Shown piece by piece: positions 38,889 to 39,458 of a stretch of 39,458 nucleotides of DNA. Under the pieces are notes generated by a model. The model was not told the DNA's origin. It did not search any database and was given only the letters and a program-made list of their open reading frames with translations. The stretch's first letter is position 1. Every line of letters begins with the position of its first letter. A program made the position numbers and the translations under genes. The stretch is from an uncultured bacterium (GTDB lineage Bacteria > Eisenbacteria > RBG-16-71-46), in NCBI GenBank assembly GCA_964398895.1, contig CAYNPF010000002.1, positions 1 to 39,458 on the forward strand. The letters run 5' to 3'.

Positions 38889-39458
38889 TTGCCGCCGCTC
38901 GTCTCCGCGCCCCGCGCGACGCTCGCGTTGCTCGCGACACTGGCGCTGCTCGTCGCTCTCGGCCCGCGGACGGCGTCGGGTTCCACCGAGGAGTTCTCGA
39001 GCTTCGACGTGGCGCGCCCCGAGGAGGACGACGAGAGCACGCTCGACCACCTGCTCGCCCGCCCGCCGCTCGCCTGGCAGGAGGAGTGGGACCGCGCACC
39101 GCTGGCCTTCCGCACCTCGCAGGGCTGCTTCACCTCGGGACAGTGGTACACGCACCACCAGCTCAAGCTGACCTCCCCCGTCGGCCACCGCGCGAGCTTC
39201 GCGCTCGAGTACGACCGCGTGGACAGCGACTACCTGGCTTACGAGCACTTCGACCTCTGGCTGCGCTTCCCGCTGCGCGCCGGCACGCTGGGCGTGATGT
39301 TCCGGCCCTGCTACGACAAGTCGCGGCAGGACTTCGCCCTGCGCTGGGAACTGGGCGCGGACACCACCCGCGGGCAGCTCCGGTTCACCTACGGCTTCGA
39401 GGACCTGTTCAACAACCTGTGGGTCTGGCGGCAGACGCGGGTGGGCGAGAGCGGGGAG
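38889..39458 (+). CDS. Secreted, beta-strand-rich hypothetical protein (possible outer-membrane barrel), 3'-truncated by the window edge and absent from the ORF track
   Basis: TTG 38889 is preceded by a perfect AGGAGG (38878-38883) with a 5-nt spacer. My translation begins (M)PPLVSAPRATLALLATLALLVALGPRTASG, which looks like a signal peptide. It continues STEEFSSFDVARPEEDDE...ASFALEYDRVDSDYLAYEHFDLWLRFPLRAGTLGVMFRPCYDK...LRFTYGFEDLFNNLWVW. The frame stays open to 39458 and has strong third-position GC. Confidence 0.6.
   Translation, partial: MPPLVSAPRATLALLATLALLVALGPRTASGSTEEFSSFDVARPEEDDESTLDHLLARPPLAWQEEWDRAPLAFRTSQGCFTSGQWYTHHQLKLTSPVGHRASFALEYDRVDSDYLAYEHFDLWLRFPLRAGTLGVMFRPCYDKSRQDFALRWELGADTTRGQLRFTYGFEDLFNNLWVWRQTRVGESGE

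Noticed and set aside
36683-39171. Two ORFs of about 800 aa (36683..39166 minus and 36808..39171 plus) overlapping the AsmA-family gene in other frames
   Set aside because: Both translate to Arg/Gly/Pro/Ala repeats. The 36163..38715 frame has a proper membrane anchor, an SD and AsmA-like beta-rich sequence.
1-39458. A search for CRISPR arrays, integrases, transposases, toxin-antitoxin pairs, restriction-modification systems or other defence islands
   Set aside because: I saw no regularly spaced direct repeats. No ORF shows recombinase, transposase, nuclease-helicase or methyltransferase-defence hallmarks. Composition looks uniform across the window. The only methyltransferase is housekeeping RsmA.

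Overview
This is a very GC-rich window (by eye about 70% or more, not computed) of about 39.5 kb. It looks like core chromosome of a diderm bacterium, since SurA, an Omp85-type barrel, AsmA and FtsEX-EnvC are all present. I support 32 protein-coding genes. One is open at the left edge. One is open at the right edge and is missing from the ORF track. I see no rRNA, tRNA, CRISPR array, integrase or transposase. Gene content from left to right: a TPR-type sigma-54 activator; a patatin/Omp85 (PlpD-like) outer-membrane lipase; a parvulin lipoprotein; a LytS-type kinase/LytTR regulator pair; SurA; ftsE-ftsX-envC-like; holB; a Fur-family regulator heading a tightly overlapped NTPase + ECF-transporter operon; PSP1/RicT; an ECF sigma/anti-sigma/ABC-2 exporter operon; metG; a TatD-family hydrolase; a HEAT-repeat membrane protein; a KimA-like APC transporter; rsmA/ksgA; a Cys-rich secreted protein with an OmpR-type two-component pair; a YibQ-like deacetylase; a glycogen-debranching-family protein; AsmA; and a 3'-truncated secreted beta-rich protein. 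Many long ORFs in the track are antisense or out-of-frame artefacts of the high GC content, and many listed N-termini are over-extended. The points most worth a second look are these. (1) A -10-like TANNNT hexamer recurs 6-8 nt upstream of start codons, which suggests leaderless transcription units. (2) A roughly 208-bp palindromic intergenic element has a 32/35-nt related copy 24 kb away. (3) A Fur-family/THEP1-like NTPase/fused ECF ATPase/unclassified membrane protein/EcfT operon carries a 7-1-7 palindromic operator over its -35 box. (4) A sensor kinase combines PDZ, multi-TM and LytS-type kinase regions. (5) An internally duplicated CxxC secreted protein sits upstream of a two-component pair. 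I found no recognisable defence or mobile system. All novelty claims here are modest and need database searches that I cannot run.
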